A stretch of DNA of 64,000 nucleotides from Actinomycetaceae bacterium (GTDB lineage: Bacteria; Actinomycetota; Actinomycetes; Actinomycetales; Actinomycetaceae), in assembly GCA_052093225.1 (NCBI GenBank), contig JBQDDG010000007.1:4671-68670 (forward strand), read 5' to 3'. The translations under genes and the position numbers were made by a program. The notes under the pieces were generated by a model. That model searched no databases. It was not told where the DNA came from and worked only from the letters and a program-made list of their open reading frames with translations. Shown in pieces: positions 1-11,901 of the stretch; the stretch's first letter is position 1, and the number at the start of each line of letters is the position of its first letter.

Positions 1-2
1 AC

Positions 3-383
3 CCGCGGACGCGGTTCCGGCTCCTCACCGGGATCGCGGCGATCGTGTGGGCGACGTACTCGGTGGCCCTCGGGTTCGGCGCCGGTGCCGCGCTCGCGCA
101 CCAGCCGCTCCTGGGCGTGGCCGTCGGCGTCGTCGGCGGGTTCCTCCTCGGCGTCCTGCTCGAGCGGGTCCTCGGCTGGGCGCAGGGGCGTCTCCTGCCG
201 AGGCTCTGGCCGGAGAGGGCCGGCGACGGAGCGTGGGCGGAGAGCGACGCGGAGGTACCGGAGGACGGGTCCGGCACGGCCGCCCCGGAGGCGGTGTGGT
301 CGCCGGAGGACACAGCCTCGCCGGACGCGGGGGAGGACGGGCCGGGCGGGTCGGAGGCCGACCCCCGCGAGCGGTCCGCCTAG
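3..383 (+). CDS. DedA/VTT family membrane protein, C-terminal part (5' end outside window)
   Basis: Open frame from nt 3 reads PRTRFRLLTGIAAIVWATYSVALG..., resembling the DedA C-terminal motif, followed by TM helices. DedA genes often neighbour coaA in actinobacteria. Confidence 0.6.
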   Translation, partial: PRTRFRLLTGIAAIVWATYSVALGFGAGAALAHQPLLGVAVGVVGGFLLGVLLERVLGWAQGRLLPRLWPERAGDGAWAESDAEVPEDGSGTAAPEAVWSPEDTASPDAGEDGPGGSEADPRERSA

Positions 384-440
384 CTGATCGCCGCACGTGC
401 CACGGCATCCCGCCGGCCGGGTGTCCGACGGCGCCGCGGC

Positions 441-1433
441 TCAGAGCTTGCGCAGGAGCATGCGGTGCATCCGGTGCTGCCCGTCCTTCGTGATGACGAG
501 CTTCGCGCGGCTGCGCGTCGGCAGGATGTTCTGCTCGAGGTTGGGGGCGTTGATCGTCTCCCAGATCTCGGACGCGGTGGCCACCGCCTCCTCGTCGTCG
601 AGGTCGGCGTACCGGCGGAAGTACGAGCCCGGCACCGAGAACGCGGTCGACCGCAGGGTGAGGAAGCGGTCGATGTACCAGCGCCGCACGTCGGCGGTCC
701 GGGCGTCCACGTAGATCGAGAAGTCGAAGAAGTCGTTGACCGCGAGCATCGAGGAGCGCCGCGCCGTCTGACGGGCCGGCTGGAGCACGTTGAGCCCCTC
801 GACGATGAGGATGTCCGGGTGCTCGACGACGTTGCGCTCACCCGGGAGGATGTCGTAGCTGATGTGGTCGTAGACCGGGGTGGAGGCCCTCGGCGCGCCG
901 GCCTTGACCGAGGCGAGGAAGCGCAGCAGGGCGCGACGGTCGTAGGACTCGGGGAAGCCCTTGCGCTGGAGCAGGCCGCGCCGCTCCAGCTCCGCGTTCG
1001 GCAGCAGGAACCCGTCGGTGGTGACGAGCGAGACGCGCGGGGTCGCGGGCCAGCGCCGGAGCAGCTCGCGCAGCAGCCGGGAGGTCGAGGACTTGCCGAC
1101 GGCGACGGAGCCGGCCACGCCGATGACGAACGGCGTGCGCTGGTAGTGCCCCCCGAGGAACCGCGCCGTGCCCGTGTGCAGGTGCTCGGTGGCCGCCACG
1201 TACTGCTGGAGGAGGGCGGAGAGCGGACGGTAGACGACGTCGACCTCGGACAGGTCCAGAGGGTCGCCGAGCCCACGCAGGTTGACTACGTCGGCGTCGG
1301 TCAGGGGCAGGGGGGTCGAGGCCGCGAGCCGGGACCACGAGCCGCGGTCCAGCTCGATGTAGGGCGTGAGATGACGCTCAGGGTCGCCGCCGTTCCGGGA
1401 CGCGTCGGCAGGTCGATGAGCAGCGTCGGTCAC
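441..1433 (-). CDS. coaA: Type I pantothenate kinase
   Basis: GVAGSVAVGKSS P-loop, TTDGFL, KGFPESYD and IVEGLNVLQ motifs. Confidence 0.97.
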   Translation of the reverse strand: MTDAAHRPADASRNGGDPERHLTPYIELDRGSWSRLAASTPLPLTDADVVNLRGLGDPLDLSEVDVVYRPLSALLQQYVAATEHLHTGTARFLGGHYQRTPFVIGVAGSVAVGKSSTSRLLRELLRRWPATPRVSLVTTDGFLLPNAELERRGLLQRKGFPESYDRRALLRFLASVKAGAPRASTPVYDHISYDILPGERNVVEHPDILIVEGLNVLQPARQTARRSSMLAVNDFFDFSIYVDARTADVRRWYIDRFLTLRSTAFSVPGSYFRRYADLDDEEAVATASEIWETINAPNLEQNILPTRSRAKLVITKDGQHRMHRMLLRKL

Positions 1434-1474
1434 GCGTCCATCCTGCCACCGCCGTGGCGGTTATCCTCGCTGCC

Positions 1475-3328
1475 ATGTGTGGAATCGTCGGATACGTCGG
1501 CCCGAGCGCCCCGTCCACCCGCCCCCTCGACCTCGCGATGGAGGGCCTCGCCCGCCTCGAGTACCGCGGGTACGACTCCGCCGGGGTCGCGCTCCACACG
1601 GGCGAGGAGATCGTCGTCCGCAAGCGGGCGGGCAAGCTGCAGAACCTGCGCGACGCGATCGAGGAGGACCCCGTCCCCCTCGCCGTCGCCTCGCTGGGCC
1701 ACACCCGCTGGGCCACGCACGGGGGCCCGACCGACCCCAACGCGCACCCGCACCTGGGCGGCGACGGCGCCGTCGCGGTCATCCACAACGGCATCATCGA
1801 GAACTTCGCTCCGCTGCGCCGCGAGCTGGTCGAGTCCGGCGTCGAGCTCGCCTCCGAGACCGACACCGAGGTCGTCGCCCACCTCCTCGCCGCCGCCTAC
1901 GACGGCGACCTCACGGCCGCGATGCTCAGCGTGGTCGGCCGCCTCGAGGGCGCCTTCACGCTGCTCGCCCAGCACAAGGACCAGCCGGGCACCGTCGTGG
2001 GCGCCCGCCGGTCCTCGCCGCTCGTCGTGGGTCTCGGCGACGGCGAGAACTTCCTCGGCTCCGACGTCGCGGCCTTCATCTCCGGCACCAAGGAGGCCCT
2101 CGAGCTCGGCGAGGACCAGGTCGTGACGATCACGCCGGACTCCGTGGACGTCGTCGGGTTCGACGGCACGCCCGCGCAGGGGCGCCGTTTCACCGTGGAC
2201 TGGGACGCCGAGGCCGCCGTCAAGGGCGGGTTCCCCACGTTCATGGACAAGGAGATCCACGACCAGCCGGCCGCCGTGCGCGACACGCTGCTCGGGCGCC
2301 GCGACGAGGAGGGGCGCCTCGTCCTCAACGAGATGCGGATCGAGGAGTCGGTCCTGCGGACGGTCGACAAGGTCGTCATCATCGCCTGCGGCACCGCCGC
2401 CTACTCCGGCCACGTCGCGAAGTACGCGATCGAGCACTGGTGCCGGATCCCCTGCGAGGTCGAGCTCGCCAGCGAGTTCCGCTACCGCGACCCGGTCGTC
2501 ACCGAGCGCACCCTCGTCGTCGCGATCTCCCAGTCCGGCGAGACCATGGACACCCTCATGGCCGTGCGGCACGCGCGCGAGCAGGGCTCCAAGGTCCTCG
2601 CCATCGTCAACACCTTCGGCTCCACGATCGCCCGCGAGGCCGACGCCGTGCTCTACACGCACGCCGGGCCCGAGATCGCCGTCGCCTCCACCAAGGCCTT
2701 CCTCGCCCAGATCACCGCCTGCTACCTGCTCGGCCTCTACCTCGCCCAGCTGCGCGGCAACAAGTACCCCGAGGAGGTGGCGGGCTATCTCGAGGAGCTG
2801 GCCGCGATGCCGGACAAGATCGCCGAGGTGCTCGAGAAGGAGGAGGAGAACGTGCGGGCGCTCGCGCGGTCGATGCGCGACACCGGCTCGGTGCTCTTCC
2901 TCGGCCGGCACGTCGGCTTCCCGGTGGCCCTCGAGGGGGCGCTCAAGCTCAAGGAGCTCGCCTACATCCACGCCGAGGGGTTCGCGGCCGGCGAGCTCAA
3001 GCACGGCCCGATCGCGCTCGTCGACGAGGGCGAGCCGGTGTTCGTCGTCGTCCCGACCCCGCGGCGCCCCGTCCTGCACCAGAAGGTCATCTCCAACATC
3101 CAGGAGGTGCGGGCCCGCGGCGCACGCACGATCGTCGTGGCCGAGGAGGGGGACACCGACGTCGAGGAGTTCGCGGAGACCGTCATCCGCGTGCCCCGCA
3201 CGCCGACCCTCATGATGCCGCTGGTGACCACCGTGCCGCTGCAGATCTTCGCCTCGGAGATCGCCGCGGCCAAGGGCCTCGACGTCGACCAGCCGCGGAA
3301 CCTCGCGAAGTCCGTCACGGTCGAGTAG
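1475..3328 (+). CDS. glmS: Glutamine--fructose-6-phosphate transaminase (isomerizing)
   Basis: N-terminal MCGIVG (catalytic Cys), EYRGYDSAG, GHTRWATHG, two SIS domains and C-terminal PRNLAKSVTVE. Start set at ATG 1475. Confidence 0.99.
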   Translation: MCGIVGYVGPSAPSTRPLDLAMEGLARLEYRGYDSAGVALHTGEEIVVRKRAGKLQNLRDAIEEDPVPLAVASLGHTRWATHGGPTDPNAHPHLGGDGAVAVIHNGIIENFAPLRRELVESGVELASETDTEVVAHLLAAAYDGDLTAAMLSVVGRLEGAFTLLAQHKDQPGTVVGARRSSPLVVGLGDGENFLGSDVAAFISGTKEALELGEDQVVTITPDSVDVVGFDGTPAQGRRFTVDWDAEAAVKGGFPTFMDKEIHDQPAAVRDTLLGRRDEEGRLVLNEMRIEESVLRTVDKVVIIACGTAAYSGHVAKYAIEHWCRIPCEVELASEFRYRDPVVTERTLVVAISQSGETMDTLMAVRHAREQGSKVLAIVNTFGSTIAREADAVLYTHAGPEIAVASTKAFLAQITACYLLGLYLAQLRGNKYPEEVAGYLEELAAMPDKIAEVLEKEEENVRALARSMRDTGSVLFLGRHVGFPVALEGALKLKELAYIHAEGFAAGELKHGPIALVDEGEPVFVVVPTPRRPVLHQKVISNIQEVRARGARTIVVAEEGDTDVEEFAETVIRVPRTPTLMMPLVTTVPLQIFASEIAAAKGLDVDQPRNLAKSVTVE

Positions 3329-3334
3329 CGCCCC

Positions 3335-3691
3335 GTGGGAGTGCGCTCGGTGGGCATCGACGTCTGTTCGGTCGACCGGTTCGTGGCGGCGCTCGAGCGC
3401 TCGCCACGGCTGCTCGAGCGGCTGTTCACGCCCGACGAGCGCGACCTGCCGCCCGCCTCGCTCGCCGCGCGGTTCGCCGCGAAGGAGGCCATCGCCAAGG
3501 CGCTCGGGGCACCCGGCGGCATGCGCTGGCACGACTGCACCGTCCGCCGCGTGAGCGGGGGCGCCCCGCAGGTGGAGGTCTCCGGGACCGTCGCCGCCCG
3601 GGCGGCCGAGCTCGGGATCGTGCGCTGGCACCTGTCGATCTCCCACGACGCCGGGATCGCCGCCGCCGTGGCGATCGGGGAGGGCGACTGA
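3335..3691 (+). CDS. acpS: Holo-ACP synthase
   Basis: [21 protein letters not shown] and HLSISHD motifs. Confidence 0.96.
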   Translation: MGVRSVGIDVCSVDRFVAALERSPRLLERLFTPDERDLPPASLAARFAAKEAIAKALGAPGGMRWHDCTVRRVSGGAPQVEVSGTVAARAAELGIVRWHLSISHDAGIAAAVAIGEGD

Positions 3692-5310
3692 TGCGCACCG
3701 CACTGACGTCCGCCGACGTCCGCGCGCTCGAGGAGCCCTTCCTCGCCGCCGGCGTGCCGCTGATGGAGCGGGCCGCCCGCGCCGTCGCCGACCGCGTCGA
3801 GACGGAGCTGCGCCGGGTCCGCAAGAATCTCACCGACGCGCGCGTCCTCGTCCTCGTGGGCCCGGGCGCGAACGGCGGCGACGGGCTGCACGCGGGCGCG
3901 ATGCTCGCCGCGAAGGGCGTCCGGGTCGTCGCCCTCGTGCTCGGGCAGAAGGTGCACCCGGCCGGCCTGTACGCGGCCCGCAGCGCCGGCTGCGACGTCC
4001 AGTCCGCGCCCGGCTCCGGCTTCACCGACGATCCCGGCGTCGACCTCGCCGATCTCGCGCGGTGGCCGGAGCTCGTCGTCGACGCCGCCACCGGCACCGG
4101 GGGGAGCGGCCCGCTGCGCGGCACCGCCCTGGCGGCGGTCGAGGCGCTGAGGGCGGCACCGCGCCGGCCCGTCGTGGCGATCGACGTGCCCTCCGGCGTG
4201 GGCGTCGAGAACGGCACGCTCCCCGGCCCGGTCCTGGCCGCCGACGTCACGGTGACGATGATCGCCGCCAAGCCCGCGCTCCTCCTCCCGCCCGCCGCGG
4301 GCGTGGCCGGGCGCGTCGAGGTGGCCGACATCGGGGTGCCCGCGACCGCGGCGCCGCGCGTGCTCGCCTCCGACCGCGCCGACGTCACCGCCCGGCTCCG
4401 GGCCCCCACCTGGGACGACGACAAGTACAGCCGTGGCGTCCTCGGCGTCCTCGCCGGCTCGTCGACCTTCCCGGGCGCGGGCGTCCTCACCGTCGGCGCC
4501 GCGCTGCGGACCGGCCTCGGCATGGTCCGCCACCTCGCGGGCGGGCGCGCGAGCGACCTCGTCCTCGCCGCCCACCCCGAGGTCGTCGGCGCGGCGGGAC
4601 GCGTGCAGGCCCGCGTTCTCGGGCCCGGCACCGACGGCGAGGCCGACGCCGAGGCGATCACCCGGGAGCTGGACGCCTCCCGCGAGGACGGCGTTCCCAC
4701 CGTGCTCGACGCCGGCGCGCTGGACGTCCTGCCCCACCACCTCGCGGCGGCCGACGCCGACGGCGTGCGCCCACCCGGCGCCCACGTCCTCACCCCGCAC
4801 GCCGGCGAGGCCGCCCGGCTGCTCACCGCTCTCGGCGAGGGCGAGGTGTCCCGGAGCGACGTGCTCGCCGCCCCCGGACCCTGCGCCGAGCGGCTCGCCG
4901 GGCTCACCGGCGCGGTCGTCCTCCTCAAGGGTGCCCGGACCGTGGTCGCCGGGGGTGGCGCCCTGCGCGTGGCCGACGCCGCCGTCCCGTGGCTCGCCAC
5001 CGCGGGCTCGGGCGACGTGCTGGCCGGCGTCCTCGGCGCCCTGCTCGCCACCGCCCGGGCGGGCGCCGAGGCGGACGGCACCGCCCTCGAGCACGCCGAC
5101 CTCGCGGACGTCGCCGTCGCCGCGGCCGTCCTGCACGGGACCGCCGGGCACCGGGCCGCCGGTCCCGCGCCGGGGCGCCCGATCACCGCGAGCGACGTCG
5201 TGGCCGCGCTGCCCGGCGTCGTCGCCGACCTGCTCGCCGGACGGGACCCGGCGGACGACGGCCCCGGTGAGACCGCCCCGGGGCTGCTGCGCCGGTTCGG
5301 GCTCGGGTGA
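3691..5310 (+). CDS. nnr: Bifunctional NAD(P)H-hydrate epimerase/dehydratase
   Basis: LMERAA, GPGANGGDG, AIDVPSG, DDKYSRG, VLDAGAL, TPHAGEAARL and LATAGSGDVLAG. ATG overlaps the acpS stop. Confidence 0.93.
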   Translation: MRTALTSADVRALEEPFLAAGVPLMERAARAVADRVETELRRVRKNLTDARVLVLVGPGANGGDGLHAGAMLAAKGVRVVALVLGQKVHPAGLYAARSAGCDVQSAPGSGFTDDPGVDLADLARWPELVVDAATGTGGSGPLRGTALAAVEALRAAPRRPVVAIDVPSGVGVENGTLPGPVLAADVTVTMIAAKPALLLPPAAGVAGRVEVADIGVPATAAPRVLASDRADVTARLRAPTWDDDKYSRGVLGVLAGSSTFPGAGVLTVGAALRTGLGMVRHLAGGRASDLVLAAHPEVVGAAGRVQARVLGPGTDGEADAEAITRELDASREDGVPTVLDAGALDVLPHHLAAADADGVRPPGAHVLTPHAGEAARLLTALGEGEVSRSDVLAAPGPCAERLAGLTGAVVLLKGARTVVAGGGALRVADAAVPWLATAGSGDVLAGVLGALLATARAGAEADGTALEHADLADVAVAAAVLHGTAGHRAAGPAPGRPITASDVVAALPGVVADLLAGRDPADDGPGETAPGLLRRFGLG

Positions 5311-5330
5311 GTGCCTGGCACACTGTCGCG

Positions 5331-6500
5331 GTGACGAACGACCACCGGGACGCCGCGTCGTCCTGGCCGGCGCGGGCGCGGGTCGACCTCGACGCCTTCG
5401 CGCACAACCTCCGCCGGCTCCGTGAGACGGCGGGCGGCACCGACGTGCTCGCCGTGGTCAAGGCCGACGCCTACGGCCACGGCCTCCTGCCCGTCGCCCG
5501 GACCGCCCTCGCCGCCGGCGCGACGATCCTCGGGGTCGCCCAGCTCGCCGAGGCCCTCGAGCTGCGCGCCGGCCTCGGACCGCACGGGCGCGTCCTCGGG
5601 TGGCTCTACGCCCCCGGCGCACCGCTCGCCGACGCGATCACCGCGGGCGTCGAGATCGGCGTCGGCGCCCCCTGGATGCTCGACGAGGCGCTCGCCGCCG
5701 CACGGACGGCCGGCCGGCCGGTCACGCTCCACCTCAAGCTCGACACCGGGATGGCCCGCAACGGGCTCTCGCGGGCCGGCCTGGGCGAGGTCGCCGCGAC
5801 GCTCGGCCCGGCCGTCGCCGAGGGCGCGGCCCGGGTGGCCTCGACGTTCTCCCACCTCGCGAGCGCCGACGAGCCGGCCTCCGGCACGACCGAGGTCCAG
5901 ACCGCGCTCTTCCTCGACCGGGTCGCCGAGCTGCGCGGCGCGGGCATCGACCCCGGGGCCCTGCACCTCGCGGCCTCCTCGGGTGTCCTCCTGCACCCCG
6001 CCACCCACCTCGACATGATCCGGCCCGGCATCGCCCTGTACGGGGTCTCCCCGGCCGAGGACATCATCCCGGCGGCCGAGCACGGCCTGCGCCCCGTGAT
6101 GACCGTGAGCGGCTCGCTCGTCCTCACGCGCGAGGCCCCCGCGGGCACCGCGATCGGCTACGGGCACACCGCCACCACCGAGCGGGACACGGTCCTCGGG
6201 CTCGTCCCGCTCGGCTACGCCGACGGCGTCCCGCGCGCCGCGTCCGGCGCGGTGGCGCTCGCCGCCCGCGGCCGGCGGGTCGCCCAGGTGGGACGCGTGA
6301 GCATGGACCAGATCGTCGTCGACCTCGGCCCGGACGCGGCCGACGTCGTCGGGGAGGACGTCGTCCTGTTCGGCGACCCGGCCCGGGGCGAGCCCTCGGC
6401 GTGGGACTGGGCCCGGCCGGCGGGCACGATCGCCTACGAGATCCTCACCGCGGTGGGACCGCGCATCCCGCGCGTCCACGTCGGTCAGGAGGGCGCATGA
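5331..6500 (+). CDS. alr: Alanine racemase
   Basis: AVVKADAYGHG (PLP lysine), KLDTGMAR, GYADG, GRVSMDQ and GTIAYEI. GTG 5331 chosen because a CACACT -10-like hexamer lies 6 nt upstream. Confidence 0.97.
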   Translation: MTNDHRDAASSWPARARVDLDAFAHNLRRLRETAGGTDVLAVVKADAYGHGLLPVARTALAAGATILGVAQLAEALELRAGLGPHGRVLGWLYAPGAPLADAITAGVEIGVGAPWMLDEALAAARTAGRPVTLHLKLDTGMARNGLSRAGLGEVAATLGPAVAEGAARVASTFSHLASADEPASGTTEVQTALFLDRVAELRGAGIDPGALHLAASSGVLLHPATHLDMIRPGIALYGVSPAEDIIPAAEHGLRPVMTVSGSLVLTREAPAGTAIGYGHTATTERDTVLGLVPLGYADGVPRAASGAVALAARGRRVAQVGRVSMDQIVVDLGPDAADVVGEDVVLFGDPARGEPSAWDWARPAGTIAYEILTAVGPRIPRVHVGQEGA

Positions 6501-7036
6501 GGGCGTGGAGCGCCGTGGCGGCCACCGGGGCCGACACCCGGGCGCTCGCCGCCCGCCTCGCCGCGCACCTGCGCGCCGGGGACCTCGTCGTGCTCGACGG
6601 GCCCCTCGGCGCGGGCAAGACCACCTTCGTCCAGGGGCTCGGCGCCGCGCTGGACGTGCGGGGCACGATCGCCTCGCCCACGTTCGTCATCGCCCGCGCG
6701 CACCGCGCGCTCGCCGGCGGACCCGACCTCGTCCACGTCGACGCCTACCGGCTCGGCGGGCTGGACGAGCTCGACGCCCTCGACCTCGACAGCTCGATCG
6801 AGGAGGCCGTCACCGTCGTCGAGTGGGGCGGCGGGACCGTCGAGACGCTCGCCGGCAGCCGCCTCGACGTCGCGATCGAGCGGCCCGTCGGGGACGCGCC
6901 GGGACCGGACGGGCGTGCGGTCGACGACGCCACGATCGACGAGGCCCCCCTCGACGAGCCCCGGACGATCACGCTCACCGGGCACGGCCCCCGGTGGGCC
7001 GGCGTCGACCTCTCGGACGTGGTGGCCGGCCCGTGA
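6497..7036 (+). CDS. tsaE: tRNA threonylcarbamoyladenosine biosynthesis ATPase TsaE
   Basis: GPLGAGKTTF, SPTFVIAR and HVDAYRL motifs; canonical alr-tsaE order. Confidence 0.95.
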   Translation: MRAWSAVAATGADTRALAARLAAHLRAGDLVVLDGPLGAGKTTFVQGLGAALDVRGTIASPTFVIARAHRALAGGPDLVHVDAYRLGGLDELDALDLDSSIEEAVTVVEWGGGTVETLAGSRLDVAIERPVGDAPGPDGRAVDDATIDEAPLDEPRTITLTGHGPRWAGVDLSDVVAGP

Positions 7037-7923
7037 CCGGCGCCCTCCGGCTCCTGCTCGCGATCGCCGTGCTGGGGGGCGCGTTCCTCGGGGCCGTCGT
7101 GGCAGCCCCCGCCCACGCCGCCCCGGTCGCCGCGGAGGTCCCGAGCGGGGACGGGACCGGGTCCCCCTCCGCCGGGACGCTCGAGCCCGACCCGGCCCTG
7201 GCGGGTCTCCTCACCGTCACCCCCTCCGTCGAGCAGTGGTTCGACGTGGAGGCGGAGGCCGTCGCACGGTCGGCGGCGGACACGGTGCTCGCCGAGGCCG
7301 TCGCGGGCCGCGCCGACGAGATCGTCGTCGGCGACCCGAGGCCGGTGCTCGGCTGGTCCGACGACCTCGTCGAGGCCTCGTTCGACGGCCCGTTCGTCTC
7401 GCCCACCAGCAGCGCGGTCGCCCCGGTGCTCCTCGACGGCGCGGCCATCGGCGTGGTGGTCCTCGAGACCCGGAACGACTCCTTCGAGGGCGAGCTCCGC
7501 GCGGTCGCGGGACTCCCCGCGGCGCTCCTCGAGCTCGACCCCGGCGTCGCGGTCGTCCACGACCCGAGGACCGACGCCTGGTACGGGTACTCCCACGAAC
7601 GTGTCCGGCCGCTGGACGACTCCGCCCGCAGCATGCTCGCCGGCACCGTCGACATCGTCGACTACCGGCCCTTCCTCCTCGACCCGGAGGCGGGCACCGA
7701 CGCGCCGGGGGAGAGCGACGGCGCCGTGCGCTGGGTCGTCGTCGGCGGCGTGGTCGCCGTCGGGCTGGTCCTGCTCGCGGCGGGCATCTCCGTCTGGATG
7801 CGGGTGCCCGAGGCGGAGGCGGAGACCGAGGAGCGGCCCCGGCCTCCGCGCGAGAGCCTGCGCGCGCGGGTGCGGGCCGAGCTGCGCAACGGACGGCCGG
7901 GCAGCTGGAACCACCGCGGATGA
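7033..7923 (+). CDS. Hypothetical secreted/membrane-anchored protein
   Basis: Signal peptide ending A-H-A|A, acidic extracellular domain, C-terminal TM helix and Arg-rich tail. Overlaps the tsaE stop (GTGA). Confidence 0.75.
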   Translation: MTGALRLLLAIAVLGGAFLGAVVAAPAHAAPVAAEVPSGDGTGSPSAGTLEPDPALAGLLTVTPSVEQWFDVEAEAVARSAADTVLAEAVAGRADEIVVGDPRPVLGWSDDLVEASFDGPFVSPTSSAVAPVLLDGAAIGVVVLETRNDSFEGELRAVAGLPAALLELDPGVAVVHDPRTDAWYGYSHERVRPLDDSARSMLAGTVDIVDYRPFLLDPEAGTDAPGESDGAVRWVVVGGVVAVGLVLLAAGISVWMRVPEAEAETEERPRPPRESLRARVRAELRNGRPGSWNHRG

Positions 7924-7943
7924 CCCGCGCCTACCCTGGACCG

Positions 7944-8633
7944 GTGCGCGTCCTCGTCATCGACACCTCCTCCCGTCCGATCGTCGCCCGGGTCGACGCC
8001 CCGGACGGCGACCCGGCGCGTGCCGTGCTCCTCGGTGCCACCGCCGGGGAGTCCGACCGGCGTCACGCCGAGGAGCTCGCCCCCGCGGTCGCCTCGCTCG
8101 TCGAGCGGCACGGGAGGCCGGACCTCGTCGTCGTCGGCACCGGGCCGGGGCCGTTCACCGGGCTGCGCGTCGGGCTCGTCACCGCGCGCACCGTCGCCCG
8201 CGGCTGGGGTGCCCGGCTCGCCGGCGTGCCGTCCCTCGACGCCGTCGCGCGCGGCGCGCTCGACACCGCGCCGGAGCGGACCGTCCTCGTCGTCACCGAC
8301 GCGCGGCGCCGGGAGGTCTACCACGCCCGCTACCGCGCCCTCGGCGCGCACGAGGTCGAGATCCTCGCCGCTCCCGCCGTGGCGAGCCCCGCCGTGGTGG
8401 CGGACGCGGCCGGACCGGAGGACGTCGTCGTGGGGGAGAAGGCCGCCGACGTCACCGGCGCGGCCGGCACCGCTCCGGACAGCGTCGAGCCGGCCGGTGC
8501 GGTCCGGGGCGTCGACCCGACGGCCCTCGCGCGCCTCGCCCTCACCCGGCTCGCCGCCGGCGCGGAGCTGCCCACCGAGCCGCTCTACCTGCGCCGACCC
8601 GACGCGGCCGTCCCCGCCCAGGTGCGGCCATGA
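7944..8633 (+). CDS. tsaB: tRNA threonylcarbamoyladenosine biosynthesis protein TsaB
   Basis: VLVIDTSS, HAEELAP, GPGPFTGLRVG, DARRREVY and EPLYLRRPDA. GTG 7944 follows TACCCT by 6 nt. Confidence 0.95.
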   Translation: MRVLVIDTSSRPIVARVDAPDGDPARAVLLGATAGESDRRHAEELAPAVASLVERHGRPDLVVVGTGPGPFTGLRVGLVTARTVARGWGARLAGVPSLDAVARGALDTAPERTVLVVTDARRREVYHARYRALGAHEVEILAAPAVASPAVVADAAGPEDVVVGEKAADVTGAAGTAPDSVEPAGAVRGVDPTALARLALTRLAAGAELPTEPLYLRRPDAAVPAQVRP

Positions 8634-9091
8634 CCTACCGGCTGCGCCCACTGCGCACGGGGGACCTCGCGAGGGTCGCCGAGCTCGAGCCCGTGCTCTT
8701 CGGTCCCGACGACTGGTCGGCGGGGGTCTACGCCACCGAGCTGTCGCTCGCGGACCGCACGTACCTGGCCGCGGTCGACGAGGACGACCGCCTCGTGGCG
8801 TGGGCCGGGACCGCCGCGGGGGACCAGACCCAGGTGATGACGATCGGCGTCGACCCGGACCACCGGCGCCGCGGTCTCGCCACCCGGCTGCTCGACGAGC
8901 TGCTCGACCGGGCCCGCGCGGCCGGCTCGTCGAGCGTGGTCCTCGAGGTCCGGGCCGACGACGACGGTGCCCGCAGCCTCTACGAGCGGCGCGGGTTCGA
9001 GGCGATCGGGATCCGGCCCCGGTACTACCAGCGCTCCGGCCGCGACGCCGTCGTCATGAGCCTCGACCTCGGGCCCGGAAATCACGACTGA
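8630..9091 (+). CDS. rimI: Ribosomal protein S18 alanine N-acetyltransferase (GNAT)
   Basis: MTIGV...RRRGLA, LEVRADD and RPRYYQ...DAVVM motifs; follows tsaB. Confidence 0.92.
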   Translation: MTYRLRPLRTGDLARVAELEPVLFGPDDWSAGVYATELSLADRTYLAAVDEDDRLVAWAGTAAGDQTQVMTIGVDPDHRRRGLATRLLDELLDRARAAGSSSVVLEVRADDDGARSLYERRGFEAIGIRPRYYQRSGRDAVVMSLDLGPGNHD

Positions 9092-9224
9092 ATATCGTCC
9101 CGAGGTCATCACGAAAAGCAATTGATGACGCATTGTTGACACGGATAAAAGCCGTTCTGGACCGAATTGTCTCGCCGTGCCGAGATCGCCAGAAAGGCCC
9201 GGCGACGAGGGTTAGGATCGGCTG

Positions 9225-9926
9225 GTGACCACCACTGCAGCGCCGGCGAGGGCGCGAACAGCTCGCAGGACCACGGTCGCACTCAAGGTCGCGATGGCCG
9301 TCACGGGTGTGATCTTCGTGCTCTTCGTGCTCACGCACATGTACGGGAACCTCAAGGCGTTCCAGGGGGCCGAGGCGTTCGACTCCTACGCGCACTGGCT
9401 GCGCGAGGCGTTCTACCCGATGCTGCCGCACCAGGGCCTGCTGTGGGTGATGCGGGTGGTCCTGCTCGCCTCGCTCGTCGTCCACGCCGGCGCGGCCTTC
9501 GCGCTGTGGAAGCGCGCGCGGTCGGCGAGGACCACGCGCTACGTCATGCACAAGCGCGTGCAGCAGACCTACGCGTCGCGCACGATGCGCTGGGGCGGCG
9601 TCATCCTGCTCGCCTTCATCATCTTCCACCTCCTGCAGTTCACGACGATGACGATCGAGGTCGGGGGCTCGTTCGACAGCCCGCACGCCCGCATGGTCGA
9701 GGCCTTCCAGCCCGAGCACTGGTGGGTCTACGCCGTCTACCTCGTCGCCATGGTCATGCTCGCCTTCCACGTCCGGCACGGCGTGTGGTCGGCGCTGCAG
9801 AGCTTCGGCCTGTCGACGCGCCGCCGCGAGGCCATGTTCAACGGCATCGCGATCGTCGTCGCGCTCCTGCTCCTCGTCGGGTTCATGGCGACCCCGACGG
9901 CCATCCTGCTCGGCATCGTGAATTGA
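9225..9926 (+). CDS. sdhC: Succinate dehydrogenase cytochrome b558 subunit (single large anchor type)
   Basis: Five TM segments with heme-ligand His residues (HMYGN, VVHAG, IFHLL, FHVRHG); first gene of sdhCAB. Confidence 0.92.
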   Translation: MTTTAAPARARTARRTTVALKVAMAVTGVIFVLFVLTHMYGNLKAFQGAEAFDSYAHWLREAFYPMLPHQGLLWVMRVVLLASLVVHAGAAFALWKRARSARTTRYVMHKRVQQTYASRTMRWGGVILLAFIIFHLLQFTTMTIEVGGSFDSPHARMVEAFQPEHWWVYAVYLVAMVMLAFHVRHGVWSALQSFGLSTRRREAMFNGIAIVVALLLLVGFMATPTAILLGIVN

Positions 9927-9936
9927 GGCGCAAGGC

Positions 9937-11897
<1,961 letters not shown>

Positions 11898-11901
<4 letters not shown>

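Noticed and set aside
1434-1474. glmS ribozyme upstream of glmS
   Set aside because: The intergenic gap is only 41 bp and glmS appears leaderless; there is no room for the ribozyme.
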